DNA from: Amoebophrya sp. A120
Taxonomy: Eukaryota > Protista > Dinoflagellata
Length of the DNA: 64,000 nt
Reading direction: 5' to 3'
NCBI GenBank assembly: GCA_905178155.1
Contig: CAJINV010000008.1
Location: 1,550,001-1,614,000, forward strand
Shown here: one piece after another, positions 11,301-29,353 of the stretch
Layout of the letters: the number at the start of each line of letters is the position of its first letter
How positions within the stretch are numbered: position 1 is the first letter of the stretch
Translations under genes and position numbers: made by a program
The notes under the pieces: model-generated
Told to the model about the DNA's origin: nothing
Databases searched by the model: none
What the model saw: only the letters and a program-made list of their open reading frames with translations

Positions 11301-13196
11301 ACGCAAAAGTGTCCGGAAAAAAAGAGGGCAGCGAAACAATGGTATAAAAATGAGCAAATATTGCCCTTTCATCATTAAACGACTTGTACAATATTATATT
11401 GCGTTGAAGATTTTCTTTCGAATCCTCGTCGGCCGCCACTTTGTACAACATGTGTTCGCCTCCCACTTGTAGTTCTTTTGTCAAGGAAACAAGTACTGGA
11501 ACTTGAAGAGCAAGTAGCCGATTATCACGAGGGGCAGCTTAACTAGGCAGCCGCTGTGCCTGCGGCGGGAAATAATCCTATTTTCAAATATAAAACACAT
11601 CAAACACTTATCTATGATTCTTGAAATTGATCAGGTTGAACAAACCTTCTCGACGTACCGCATGTTGCAGCTGACCAAGAAGGCGGGGCACTTGAACCTG
11701 TGGTACCTGATCTGCGAGTTCGAAGACGATGACGATCCGGCGCACCCAGAAAAGATCGTGTCGGTGCGTTCTCTGCGTCGCGCCTTTCCGAAAATGACGA
11801 AGCACAACGCGGAGTTTCTGATCCACAAAACCATCGAGCACTTGCAAGACGAAGAGGCTGGGGCGGAGGCGGTGACACTCACCATGGCCATGAAGATGAT
11901 CACGAAGTCGTTGCAGTTCTCGAAGCGATATGCAATGCAAGAGCATCGTACTAGTATAAATTGCATTACAAATTAGCCCAGCATTACAAATTAAATTTGT
12001 AGTGCTGATTTACCTTGGCCTTGGGAAAGAGATTTGTAATGCATAAATGCAATTGCTACGAATACGATACTTTTGCACACGATAAGCGAACCAGCGAGCA
12101 GATGGAGCTCGTCTACGCTGAAATGGTATCAAATGTAAAAATGTCTGGGTCTGGAAGATTCTAAACTTGTAATGCTGTCTCTGGATCCTAAGAATAAGAA
12201 AATTTGTATTGCATGACCAGCAAGGGGACTCCAGTTCGTGCTACGCGGAGAGGGCATTTCTCATGCGGTAGAGGCATCACAGAGTCCTCTAAAAATCTGT
12301 GATGCTAGGGCATGCATCACAGACATCATGGGTCATTCAAAATATGCATGACAAACCTGGCAATCTTCCAGACCCAGACACTTTTGCATTTGATAAATGG
12401 TGCTCGCGCGCAACGCCCGCATCAACGCGGCCATGAACCCGATGGCCGGGCCGGCCGGCGGACAGATGATGGCGGGCGCCATGATGCCCGGTATGATGGC
12501 CCCAGGAATGATGGGACCCGGGGGTCCTGGCGGAAATCCAAACCAGCAAATGATGCTCGCGGTACAACTTCAGCTACGTCTACTAATATGGTGTTTATTG
12601 ATGTGGCTTTTATACCATAACTATTAGTATGCTTGTTCCAGTTTATAATATGATTTCTCTGCGATATTTTAGCGACTCTTTTATCGCTGAATATGTCGAC
12701 ACACCTCCCTCGAAAAACAAAACGAAAACAGAGCCAGCAATTGGCGCAGCAGACGGCAAACGCCCCGGGCGGGTTGATCGATCCGAAAGCGATGCTTAAA
12801 TCGCAGCAAGCCCTCGCAACGGGCGGCAGCACGGGGATGAGTAACGACATGAAAGTCACGGAGCTGTTCGACTATATTCGAGACCGCAACCAGTGGCTTG
12901 ATCAGCGCTTTTCAGAAATGGACAAACGGTTCGAGCGGATAGACCGAAACTGCGGTGCCCTAGTCATTTTCATGGACCAATCGAAGAAGCGGGAAGCGGC
13001 CCAGGAAAAGTCTGCCGGTGCGAGCGGCAAAAAGAACGCGGGCGACAGCGGCACTGATTGGCGCAGAATACGAAAACTCGAGGATCAGGTTGACGCTCTC
13101 CAGTCCGGCAACGAACGAATCCTGGAACTGCTGGAGCGCACGCAGTACCGTGAACCGCCCGTCATGCGCCATCCCGGATCCCCGTCACGCCGCTAA
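5394..13196 (+). CDS. Polycystin-2/TRP-like cation channel with N-terminal EF-hand pair (~984 aa, 19 exons)
   Basis: EF loops DQNNSGEITREDL and DRDGNGIITIEEL; PTFWDWF; WLNPKVTLIRIRFLSYN; FWNAIDW; MRFFKAFRANPRL; pore ILMGEFDF; FLIMFNMLLAIVMDTY rebuilt across an introner. 12 introners plus GT-AG introns 5963-6294, 7909-8124, 9363-9783, 10056-10301, 11342-11634, 12562-12731; exon sum 2955 nt. Confidence 0.85.
5472..5779. mobile_element. Introner family B (308 bp)
   Basis: ~50-bp TIR TATGG..CAGG.TTGAAAT..CAAAGTTGAAATA.TTTGT.ATGCAT; TSD AGGCA. Confidence 0.93.
6351..6736. mobile_element. Introner family E-like (386 bp), splits an EF-hand loop
   Basis: TATCCAGACTAAAAATCTCCCCA / TGGGGACGTTTTTCCACAGGATA; TSD GCGAT/GAGAT; removal gives DCDRD|GNGIITIEEL. 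Confidence 0.88.
6784..7057. mobile_element. Introner family A, diverged (274 bp)
   Basis: TATGAACTGCAAATGTGTCTGGG / CCCAGGCATATTTGCCATGCATA; TSD CGGTC. Confidence 0.88.
7189..7397. mobile_element. Introner family F (209 bp)
   Basis: TATGCAAGAAAAATACTG / CAGTTTTTTTCTTGGATA; TSD AGGAC. Confidence 0.9.
7431..7595. mobile_element. Introner family D (165 bp)
   Basis: TATGCATTCCAAAAGTATCGTAGTCGTA / TACGACTACGATGCTTTTCCACAGGATA; TSD CACGC/TACGC. Confidence 0.9.
7653..7803. mobile_element. Introner family G (151 bp)
   Basis: TATGCAATGTAAATTTCCCGTACATGTACAAA / TTTGTACGTGTACAGGAAATTTCCTGTGGATA; TSD ATCTC; homologous to 40890-41046. Confidence 0.92.
8189..8580. mobile_element. Degenerate introner (392 bp)
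   Basis: TATCCA..GTGTC / GACAC..TGGATA; only a CG repeat remains; removing 8189-8582 gives SAAV|YWLP in frame. Confidence 0.55.
8864..9244. mobile_element. Degenerate introner (381 bp)
   Basis: TATCCCACGAAA / TTTCGTGCGGATA; TSD decayed (TTAAC vs AAAGC); removing 8864-9249 gives WLN|PKVT in frame. Confidence 0.65.
10462..10570. mobile_element. Introner family H (109 bp)
   Basis: TATCCGCAGAAAAAAACCCAT / ATGGGTGTTTCTTCCTGGATA; TSD GAGAT. Confidence 0.92.
10940..11252. mobile_element. Introner family B (313 bp)
   Basis: Long family-B TIR; TSD TCTTC; removal rebuilds the last transmembrane helix LVF|LIMFNML. Confidence 0.95.
11929..12084. mobile_element. Introner family D (156 bp)
   Basis: TATGCAATGCAAGAGCATCGTA / TACGATACTTTTGCACACGATA; TSD AGCGA. 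Confidence 0.92.
12127..12395. mobile_element. Introner family A (269 bp)
   Basis: TATCAAATGTAAAAATGTCTGGGTCTGGAAGATT / AATCTTCCAGACCCAGACACTTTTGCATTTGATA; TSD AATGG. Confidence 0.96.
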
Positions 13197-13425
13197 GGAA
13201 GTTCTCCATCCGGCCGCCGAAAGGAAGAAGGATTTCTATTTCAAACTGCTCTTTTTGTGCCTGCTTTGTACTTCTAACCAGTACAACGGCTGACGTCCCT
13301 TCGGTTTCCGAGAGGGAGAAAGAAGTGGCGCTACACCCCTTGCTCTTGTCGATTGACAATTACTTGTGACAATTTACACAAAGGGTTTTTCGTTTCTGTT
13401 TCCGTTTCTCAAGCAAAACAACAAA

Positions 13426-13567
13426 CTTCCAAGAATCTTAAAGCTAAGTCCTAGTCTAAAATCTTCCAAGTTAGAAATATGTCACGACTTCAATATCTTA
13501 TCCTTGCTTAGTGTCAATAACGTCAAAGTCAAATTCTAGCCAAACCTTCCAAGAATCTTAAAGCTAA
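13426..13567. repeat. 22-bp direct repeat CTTCCAAGAATCTTAAAGCTAA, 120 bp apart
   Basis: Exact copies at 13426-13447 and 13546-13567, downstream of the channel gene. Confidence 0.7.
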
Positions 13568-14546
13568 CAATTCGCAGCAAACTTCTAGCATGCAAGCCCA
13601 AGCCTAGAATGCTTGCAATAATTTGAACTCGTCAAACGGTCGTCGATGGAGGAGAAGGTGCCTCTGCCTGTCGTGCTCTTAAGTATTAACAAGTGCTAAT
13701 TAATTTTTCACTTTTCATTGGAAAAGTGAATATGGAGAATGGGCGGGACCGGGAGGCATCGACGTCATCGTGGTGACAATTGTAGAGATAATGAAAGCAA
13801 AAGCGATGAAGCCCTCCTGGAGTTGCGCTCTATGAATATATCAGAGAGTTTCCGGGCGGGAAAAACGATTTGCTCTACATTGTCATGGACGACCAAAAAT
13901 AGAACTTCCAACTATGTCAATCCTCTTTCTTGCACTTGAGCTTTTTTTGTAAAATGAAAGACTGTCAAAGCGATGAAGAAGTTGTGAAACAAGTAAAAAC
14001 AAAAAGCAAAGCAAGCCTCTGTGGAAAGGAGAAAGAAATGGCAATGGGTCTCATAATCTCGAAGCAAAATTCATCTTGACTGCTGTTCGTACGCGGATAC
14101 TGAGTCGGTGTACAACGTTCTTCCTTTCCGTATTGATCTTGACGAGCTCGAATCTTGACTCGTCGTTCTCTGCTCCGAGATATTGATTCAGAAGAAAGGA
14201 ATAAGGCTAATTACCTCCTGCAGACCTTTTTCTTCATCGAGCCAGATCAGTTGTGCATGCTGCTACGAGTAACAAGTACAAGTTGTGTACAACTACAACT
14301 CTAATAAAAACCTATAGTATCATTTAAATATAAATTTATGATCTGCTCGCTCTGTGTCTCTGTTCCTCCTGATATTACATTTCGTTGGACCTGAACTCAG
14401 GACCACAGGGAAAGGACGGAATGTGTAGGGGCACCACGTGATGAAATCTCGATCACCATTGCCCTCTTCATGTCGCAACCACCATCCTCCGTGAACAGCC
14501 CGCCGTGGCTCGTGTAGAATTCCTTTATTGCTCCATTTGAAACGTA

Positions 14547-16225
14547 ATGTTGTCCCGTTCGTGTCGTCGGTTGAAGCGCGTGCCGAAGGCCAACTCCCTA
14601 CTTGCGAAGAATGTCCGAGACCCGGGGAACAAGAACTACGGCAAGGATGAGCCGCTGGAAAAGCGCGTGAACCCTTTTGAGCGGGAGGAAGCGCCGACCA
14701 CCTTTGGCGCTTCAAAACTGGAAGACATCCATGCCCTATCAAATGCAAAAATGTCTGGGTCTGGAAGGGTCATACTGTTTTTGCATGACACAGAAGGTCT
14801 GGGATGGAAGCTCTAGCATCATAGGTTTCGAGAAGCTTCCGCCAGGCCGAATCAGCATGACACATCCCCCATTTTGGTCACAGAAAGTGGGCAGCTTTTG
14901 CTACCTATGCATGAGAGATTTTTCTTTGTTCTGAAATGCGCATCGCAAGTTTGTATTCTTCCAGACCCAGACATTTTTGCAATCCATATGCCCGAGACAC
15001 TGCGTATTTCGAAAACCGCGCAAGGCAGTTGCGCAATGAAGAGGGCCGGCGCGAAGTCCGAGAGTTCTTTGAGCGGCAGGAAGAGCTCAGAAAGGAGCCC
15101 CAGCGACTCGCGAACCTTGACAACATCCTCGAAAAGGAGCAGGCCTTCCTGCGTCAAATAAGGGAACACGAACACCAGACTTCTCACGGCGGTGACTCAA
15201 TGAACCAGGAACAGCTACGACTGTTCAAGGCTGGCGCTATGACGAAAAACCTCAAGAAACACGAAGGTCAGAACGCACCCGCGCAATTGGAAGCAAGAAC
15301 TACAGAGCCTGTACTTTCTCGTTCTAGCTATTCAACCTCAACAACACTTGAAATGTTGAACAACGAGCTAGCGTCCCGCACATGCAGCAGAGACGAGACA
15401 GACGCGAGCGGAAGTGCAGGCGTAGTTCCGTCAGAAAGGTGCTCGAGCTCGAGTGCTGCTGGAGCTGGACTTACTCGCAACAGAAAGCCGGAACTTCGGC
15501 TTCTTTCCACGGAAAAGTTTCGATCACCGGAGGAGCAAGCTAGCCAGTGCGCTGCCCGGGCTGCCCGTTGGGAGCGAAAAACTGCATTGTTTCTGGAGTA
15601 CTTAAACAAATCACCCGAGGAGCGCCGACAAAAATACTCGCTGACAAACTCGCTCGATCCCGACTTCCAGGCAAAGGAGCGCCTGCCCTGGAGGATTCGT
15701 CGAATACGCATATACAAAAGTGTCGCACACTTAAAACAAAAACCTCCAGGAATCGCGTTTCTACTATGGATGTCACTATGAAAAAATCCAAAGGCAAAAG
15801 AATTCTACGGTCTGCGACGTGCGGTTGCATTGCGTATAGATACTGTGTACGTGTAGATGCAATAAAGTGAAAATATCACTTATAAATGTTGAGTCAAACA
15901 AAAGTTGTCGGCTGTTTGTAATTCGCGACGCTAAAAACTCTGCTACTGCTTGCTTCATGCAACGGTATCTTGATTGGTACGGGTGCGAAACTTTTGGACA
16001 GGATTGCACACAGCGTATGGCAACCTCCCTGTTTACGAACGCTTCAAACGCGGCGGCATTGAGGCGTACACCGTGATCCGCGGCATCGAGGGAAACGTGC
16101 GCTCATTGCACAAGCAGCTGTGCCATGTATGTGAGGCACCTGCGAGGCAGCGCACAGGAGCATTCGAGGTTCGCGGGTTGCACAGCTGGAAACTCAAAGA
16201 GTGGCTGGCCAGCTTAGGATTTTGA
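14547..16225 (+). CDS. MRPL49: Mitochondrial ribosomal protein mL49/Img2-like with long N-terminal extension (~371 aa); exons 14547-14736, 14994-15704, 16011-16225
   Basis: LPWRIRR|TAYGNLPVY...TVIRGIEGNV...EVRGLHSWKLKEWLASLGF matches the L49/Img2 pattern; Arg/Ser-rich N-terminus resembles a mitochondrial presequence. Confidence 0.8.
14737..14988. mobile_element. Introner family A (252 bp)
   Basis: Family-A TIR; TSD TGCCC; join EDIHA|RDTAY. Confidence 0.95.
15705..16005. mobile_element. Degenerate family-D introner (301 bp)
   Basis: CAAAAGTGTCGCAC / GTGCGAAACTTTTG; TSD decayed; removing 15705-16010 restores IRR|TAYG. Confidence 0.7.
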
Positions 16226-16851
16226 TGACGCTTTCCTCATGAAGACATTGTGCTGAAGGTAAGCGTAAGGCAGAATAAGCAGGGTCAATTTATTTGCACT
16301 CATTAGCCCAATTTGTTGGCACGGGAACGGGATTCGAATCAATTGCGAAGAGAGAGTAGCATCCCCTACGCAAGCAAAACAAATTTGGTCTATGCAGCTC
16401 TTTTTTTCGCGATACTAATACAAAGAGGTCAGTGCGTGTTCGACAACATTCTTTAATATCGTTTCTGTTTGGCTTTATTTGCATTTGGCATTATCCTCCA
16501 CACCCATGACTTTATCTGATTTTTCTATCCCATACGCATACGAGCACGAGGAAGACATATTGTACGTAGTTCTTTGGTGCCTTGAACTCCCTCGTTCAAG
16601 TATGTTGAGTGGCGCGAGCGCGAGAGGTGATATGATCCTTCTCGTATTTTTTCTCGTGGCTCTTGTTTCGCATAAGGCATCTGAAACTGTGACGAAGATG
16701 CCAGCATTGCCAGCATTAAGGTGAAAATGATCTTCCGAATCCGATGAAAATGAGTTGGCAAGTACTATGTATGATGAGCGTACAGGAGCAGGCTCGTAGA
16801 CCAGAGCAGCAGGCGAAACAAGTATAAGGATCAAGCATACTTAACGGCCGC

Positions 16852-22589
<5,738 letters not shown>

Positions 22590-24262
22590 GCATCGCGCGA
22601 GTGAAAAGAACAACAGCGAGTTGTACTCGTAGGTCAGACAAAGACTGCTCAATGGCGTTCTTCGCTGTTAGGCTTTCTAGCGTCGTCGTTTTGAGGACAT
22701 CACCAAGTGCATCACGATTTCCCTCGACGTCGTTTGTGTCGCTTTTGATTGCTTGCTAAAAACAAGCTTGCGATTTTTATGCACACGAAGTAATATATTG
22801 ATAAAATTGCTTTTGATTTCGTGTTGTGCGTTATGGTCACCTCTATCAAGATCATGGGAGATGCTGCGTATCAAAGGATGCTGCGTACAACGCAGGAAAA
22901 TGAAGTCGACATGTATGATTATGAGGTTGATGCACATTGCACGACGAAGTACCGTGATGTATGTACTGATTCATTAATAGTCGTAGAGGTTACACGTTCT
23001 TCAACTAGTAAAGCTACATCGAGGAAGTTCGCGGGAATGCGAGCAAACATCGTCATTCTTAAAGTTCAATGTATTATGTCTATTAACTACGAAGTGATGT
23101 AGCGAATCATACATGATGAACATGGAGCAACTGCGAGTAAGAGTAAGTGAGTGCCACGTAAGTAGAAGTACAGAAGAAAACTTCAACATAATTGCTAAGT
23201 ACCGTATCACCGTGATTGAGATTGTACCTGGACTGGAGGTTGTTGTTGGCGTACAAGCGTAATTTATAATTTGCAAGTGCATTCTTGGAAAAGTGCATGT
23301 GATGTTTCGGACGGACACCGACAAGGTGAATGGAGCTGCATCATCAAATACTCTCGTCGGACAGTGCATGCAGTGAGTTCGCTCACCACCGAACGAGGTT
23401 CCTCCGAACTCGACATTTCTGTTTTTGTCTGCTCCGGCTACGATAATCTACGACCGTAGCTTCCGCTTGTTGAACTTTCCTGCTCCGGAAGTCACTCTAT
23501 GCGTCTACTTTCGACATGTTTAACAACTCATCCGAGCCAAAGAAGGTCGTTGCCGAGTGAAAAGAGGACGTCAGCAGCCCGGCTAGGGTTATAGCTATAG
23601 GAAGATAGCAGCCTGCCGCCACCGCATTCAAAAATACGACCACAACTACGCCAGAAGGTTGTCAAATTTGCACCAGAAGGGTTTCGCTCCTATAACTATC
23701 TGAAAAGGAAAAGCGTGCATAGCCTTAGGTTGGGGTAAACGAGGAAAATATACCCTCCGAGCGTGCTCCAAGTAGAGTTGCAGTGAGTAGACCGGAGAGA
23801 AACTGAATTGCTTTTCTGCTCACACGCGGTCTCTGGTACTCGTACGTCGTAAACGTAGATTGATAGATGTAATATGTAGCACACATGCAAGACCTTTTTT
23901 TTCAATACTCACTCTGCTTAAGCTTATAGTTTCGAAATTATCTTCTAGTGCGAGCCATCATCGGGCATTTGCGCACGTGCAAATTTCCTTGTTCCTCTTG
24001 TTCCCAGCATTTGTTTATTCCCTTGTTGATTTTCTGTTATCAGCTACAAGTTAGTACAACTACCTGTCCGAGGAAAACAAGCATATCGATATCGTCCGTG
24101 GCAGTACAGAACTAGCCCACTTCGAGCTCGATTGCGTTTGCTATGGTGCATTCATCTTCTTGAAGACGAGATGTACATCAGCTTGTACGCCAGCACCATC
24201 TCGTTTGGAACTGGTAGCGATCCTCCGCAGTACGACAACGAGCCGCTTTCTTTCCGTCCTCT

Positions 24263-27200
24263 ATGTCGGGTGCCGGGGCGCATATCTTGCGCTGTCTACG
24301 TTCCGGCTTAGACTTGCAGACTAAACACTCGAAGTCTACCCTCGCCCCTTCTACCACCCCCCGGCGCAACGTTAACGGACGTGGCACGAGCAAGGGTGCA
24401 GTAGCAGTATCAACGTCCGCTGCCAGCAGCTCGAGCTCTTCTATATGCATCGCAAAATTGTCGTAAATGGAAACTGTGAAGTGCTGCATCAGAAGTTGAA
24501 GTTTTGATCGGGAAATAAAACTGAAGTTTGTCACGCGCGTTAGGGCACAGACAAAGATAGAATCAATATCGGAACAGCAAATCTGTGACGCAAGTAGACC
24601 GCAATCTGCACTACACAACAGACCACGTACGAAATCACGTTTGCACAGGATATTCTACTGCGTCGGCTCATTCAGCAGGCAGCAGTCCGGCTGAACGGGA
24701 CGAGGAGTTGTGGCGCCAGGAGGAGGAGGCAATTCCGATTACAGCAACGAAGCACCATACCCCGTTCGTCCATTCTGCTGGCGCTGGGGCAAGTTCCGAC
24801 GGCGCGGAAATCGCCGTAAGAAACGAACACCGAGCCTCTAAGAAACAGGATTTCCACGACCCCCCAGCTGGAAGAAGTAGATCGTATAGGTATCATCAAG
24901 GTAGTACGACCAGGCTGGCGAAGACTACAACGGCGCGTGGGAAGATGTCGAAGACAATGCGAAGCCGGCTAGAAGTAAGTCAGTCGCTTTTGCACCGGTT
25001 TCCAAAAATCGAGAGCTTCCTCATCGTTCTCGGGAGCTTTACAACCTCCATTATGCTGATCAACTCCACGAAGGCGATCTACGTGTTTGCCGACTTCCGC
25101 TATCCTTTTTTCGTCACCGCGATACACTCCGTTTTCAGCTACCTGCTCGCTCTTCTGCTCACGCATGATTTTTCAAAGTCCTCGAATAACAGTTACCAGC
25201 AAGTGCAACAGGTAGAAGATGACAGCGACTTGCAAGCAATGGCTGCAGGAAGCGAGGGTGGAGACACACGACTTAGGGATCGAGAAATTATACCCAACGC
25301 AAAAGCGGGCGGCCCGTGGATGAGGAAAACGCACGACCTGGATCTCTCTGAACAGGTTGATTTTTCATTATCGCACGATTTTCCGCGGCCGCATACTTTA
25401 TCTATGTTGCTAAACCATTGACTCAGTCAAAGCCGAAAGAACAATCACGATAGAGTTGATATAGAAAAAAAAAGGCCCTCCGATGCTGAAGCAGAATCTC
25501 GTGCTGGTCTTGAACTTGATTCAGTGTAGGTACAATGGAAAGGAAGTCTGATATACACAGCAGCAGACACACCGGACCTGACAAAAATCAATGATTCTGC
25601 AAAAAAAAACATAGCTCATGCTCAAACTCAAAGAAGCTTGCTACTCGGTCGCAGGAGATTTTATCGATTTGAGCATTGACATATTATACCAAAAAAATCA
25701 GGTGCAGAAGATTTTGCCCTTCAGCGTTTTCGGAGCCCTGTCGATCGGTTGTGGGAACCTAGCATTGCTGTTCTTGTATCCCATATCGTAAGAAAAAACT
25801 GTTTCACTGTGATGATTTTGCAAGATCTGCATATACAAGTTTGTTACGCATGACACTGAAAATTTGTCATGCGCGCATTTCCCATAGGGGAAAACACGGC
25901 TGAAACTCCAATGTTCTATGCAGGTGTAGCAAGACAAGTAGTTCTGTGCTCAATTTTCTGCATCATAAGTTCACAGTGAAACAGTTTTTCCTTGCGATAT
26001 CCCAGTTTCCACGAGATGATCCAGAACACAACACCGTTCTGGACGCTCGTTGTTATGGTGGTGGTTGGAAACACCAGGTACAACATATTACCATGAAAAA
26101 TGCCCCCACCCCCGAACGTGGGAGCATTTGTAATTGTATTGCAAACCCTCCCAAATAATGAAACACTCGCCCTCTTGCATCTATCAGCATCACAGGTTTC
26201 CAATTGTGAATAGCAAAAATTTGTATTGCAAAAGACACCAGGAAGTGCGGCGCTTATCATGCAAGCGATGCGGTGCACGCCTAGCCATAGCCTCTGCATC
26301 AGAAAGATTCATACTCCTTTCATGCATGACAAAAAGTTTTCATTTGGAAACTTCGCATCGCAAATTTTTGCAATTTCAGGGGTGGGGGGGCACTTTTCAC
26401 TGTAATACAACAAGTGGAGCTACGTTGCTATGGTTTTCGTCTGCGGAGGAGGCATTGTCTGCGGACTTGGCGAGGTCAACTTTCATCTGCTCGGTACTTC
26501 TTCTAAGACTTTCATTTTTCCGAGTAACAAACTAATGTATCAGGAGGTAAAACAAGAACGACCCACCGCCTTGCTAAAAGTGAGGGAGTGGTGGTAAGTG
26601 GCTTCATAGTTTTTATGACCTCATTGTCATTCCTAGTCCGTTGTGCTCCTGTTCGTGCTGCTGCAGTACTCCTGATAGGTGCCGGCGGCGAGAACTGTTG
26701 TTCGACTTCGACGCTACGGTTGTTACTAGTTCACGTAGTTTCTTCTTCCCCGCCTGCTCCTGACAAAGGGGAAGGCAAAAATGAACCAATGTGATCTCGT
26801 CCGTCCAGGTATTCTGATCAGTGTAGGGTCTGCAGTGTTTCGCGCGGTGCGGGTGCTCGTGCAGTCGCGCGTGCTTTGCGACCTGGATGAGCCCATGAGT
26901 TCCGTCACGTTGTTGCTGTACGCCTCCCCGTGGAACGTCATGTTCTACATTTGCGCCGGCATAATTTCGGAAGGCGCCACCCCCTACGCCAGGTTCGTGT
27001 CCGCGTCGCTCCCCGCTCAATATCAAATGCAATGCAAAAATGTCTGGGTCTGGAAGAATGCGCGACTTGTCATGCTGCTTTTCCATGACCCATGAGGTCT
27101 GGAATGCAGGACCTAGCATGACAGATTCTGCGAGACCTTTCTAATGCCTATCCTGCATGAGAAACTACCTCCCGACTTGGTCCAAACTGGACGACTTGTG

Positions 27201-28381
27201 GTAATCATGCAACACAGATTTTTCCATGCTGCAGATTTAGCATGACAAGTTGCAATCTTCCAGACCCAGACATTTTTACATTTGATACTCAAACCTACTT
27301 CGCCATTTGTGTCTCCGGGATCATCGCCGCGCTGTTCAACTTCTTCGCATTCCTCATGGTTGCGCGCCTCGGGCCGTTGATGAGCATATGGATTGCAAAA
27401 ATGTCTGGGTCTGGAAGATTAGAACTTGTCATGCTAAATCTGAATGATGCAAAAATCTGTGTTGCGTGAGTTCCAAAAGCTGTCCGCTTTTGACCAAGTT
27501 GAAGGGGATTTTGTCATGCAGGAAAGGCATGATAGAGACCTCAAAGAATCTGTCATGCTGGGTTTCGCATTCCAGACCTCATGGGTCATGGAAAACCTGC
27601 ATCACAAATCTTGCATTCTTCCAGACCCAGACATTTTTGCAATCCATAGAGCATGGCGATTGGCAATTTGAAGAACGTTGCCATCATCATCACCTCAGTG
27701 CTTATCTTCGGCAACACCTGCACCATTCTGCAGGTCTTCGGTTTTCTCACCATCTGCTTCGGTGTCTTCCTGAACGGGCAGTGGGGAAAAGAAATGAGGG
27801 GGCACGCCGCCGACAAAGAAGACGCAAAAAGAACTACTACTCCGCCAGATGAAGACCTGGAATCCGGGGCGAGGCCGCGTGGAAATATAGGATTTCAAAG
27901 TCGCACGGCGCTGGCGCCTTCCGGCTCCTCTACAACTTCCGCCGCACGTGTAGGCGGTGCGATCAATATCGACGAGATGAACAGCACCTCCCTACGTGAC
28001 ATCCACGATGAGCACTCAGCTCTTGAAACTACTGGTAGCTCGGCCTCGACGAGTCACTCCAAACACTCAACAAGCAGCAGCAACGGGAGTACCTCCGTCT
28101 CTAGAAGCGGGAACGCGATCTACTACACGAACCAGACATACAGTGCCGACGCGAGGACAGACGCAAAAATGCAGTCGTCCAGTACGCAAGATCTGCTGCA
28201 CATCCCCGCACCAGATCCCGCTCCAAATTTTGTCGGCAAAGCTGCTGGAGGAGGCCATTCTCATTACCTTCCCACTGCAGTAAAAGTAGAGCGAGAGGGC
28301 GACGCAACTTCTTCACCACCGCTCGGGGGTATAATAACGACGCAAGAAAGTCACAGTGCGTCAGTGGACCTGCTATCTTAG
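24263..28381 (+). CDS. Triose-phosphate/nucleotide-sugar transporter family (TPT/SLC35) protein (~718 aa, 8 exons)
   Basis: FRYPFFVTAIH; ILPFSVFGALSIGCGNLALLFLYPSFHEMIQNTTPFWT; TLLLYASP; GPLMSMAIGNLKNVAIIITSVLIFGN; 5 introners plus GT-AG introns 25356-25701 and 26494-26808; exon sum 2157 nt. Confidence 0.88.
24444..24652. mobile_element. Introner family D-like, diverged (209 bp)
   Basis: TATGCATCGCAAA / TTTGCACAGGATA; perfect TSD TTCTA; joins ORFs 24263 and 24585 in frame. Confidence 0.8.
25784..25999. mobile_element. Introner family F (216 bp)
   Basis: TATCGTAAGAAAAAACTGTTTCACTGTGA / TCACAGTGAAACAGTTTTTCCTTGCGATA; TSD TCCCA. Confidence 0.93.
26086..26407. mobile_element. Introner family I (322 bp)
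   Basis: TATTACCATGAAAAATGCCCCCACCCC / GGGGTGGGGGGGCACTTTTCACTGTAATA; TSD CAACA. Confidence 0.92.
27021..27287. mobile_element. Introner family A (267 bp)
   Basis: Family-A TIR; TSD CTCAA; interior is the reverse complement of 27387-27648. Confidence 0.95.
27387..27648. mobile_element. Introner family A (262 bp)
   Basis: TATGGATTGCAAAAATGTCTGGGTCTGGAAGA / TCTTCCAGACCCAGACATTTTTGCAATCCATA; TSD GAGCA. Confidence 0.96.
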
Positions 28382-29353
28382 AAATATATCGATACTCAGT
28401 GCAAAATCTTCTCTTGATGCTGTGGCTATCGCAGCTAACTTTATCTTGCCTGAATAAATTCAGTGCACACCAGCAAAGCACATGCAGTAAATTTTCCTAA
28501 CTCTGTCTTTAAGGAGGTCGAATTGATTTGCACTTCGTGCACCCTGTTTACGTTTGTGACGTACATGCTCCATGATTGTAGTTTTGTACGTGGCGAGCCT
28601 CGAGCCTCGAAAGCTCGCCGATGCGATGCTTGATTTTGCGCAGAAAAGACCTAGGGGAATCCGTCGATGAGGACACGCGGGAGCTGCTTGGCGCGAGCTC
28701 CCGCTCCACCAAACACACGTCCAGTGGGAGCGATCTCGAAGCTCAGGTCACATCGACACGACGTGTGATGCAGATTTTGACTTAGGGGGGGGGCGGAGTT
28801 CCACTTGAAAAGCGTGCTTTTTCACGAGCCAGTACATAAAACTTCTTCTGCGTCTGCTCCTAGAGAAAACGCAGCAAATGAACTCCTTCTGTGATACTTC
28901 TAGACTGAATCTGCCCCTGCCAATTGGATGCTAGTACGTAGTGCTGTGCACGGAACGAACTCCTGACCCCAGCTGTTCTTGAGTCTGGAGATAGATTAAT
29001 AGTCATCGTGTTCATCGAATCTCGAGAATGAAAAATATACGTGCCCTGTTATAGCCCCATTTGTTATATTTTTTGTAGTCTCGTTGGAGGTGGATTTTCA
29101 CCCATCGTACTTGTTGGCACCTTAAATTTTTCTTGTGCAAATGAATTATTGTACAGCTTCATGTCGTGCAGGTGCATCTACAATACCATTTTTTCCGTCC
29201 TCCCTTACAGAGATGATCCACGTTGTGCGAGCATTTGCATACTTGCGTCTTCGAGTCCTCCGTACAGATCTTGTCCCGCGATGTATTACAGCTATGAGTT
29301 TCATCCGGCAAATCCTTTGAAAATCAACTTCAAAACTGTTTCCTTACGTATCT

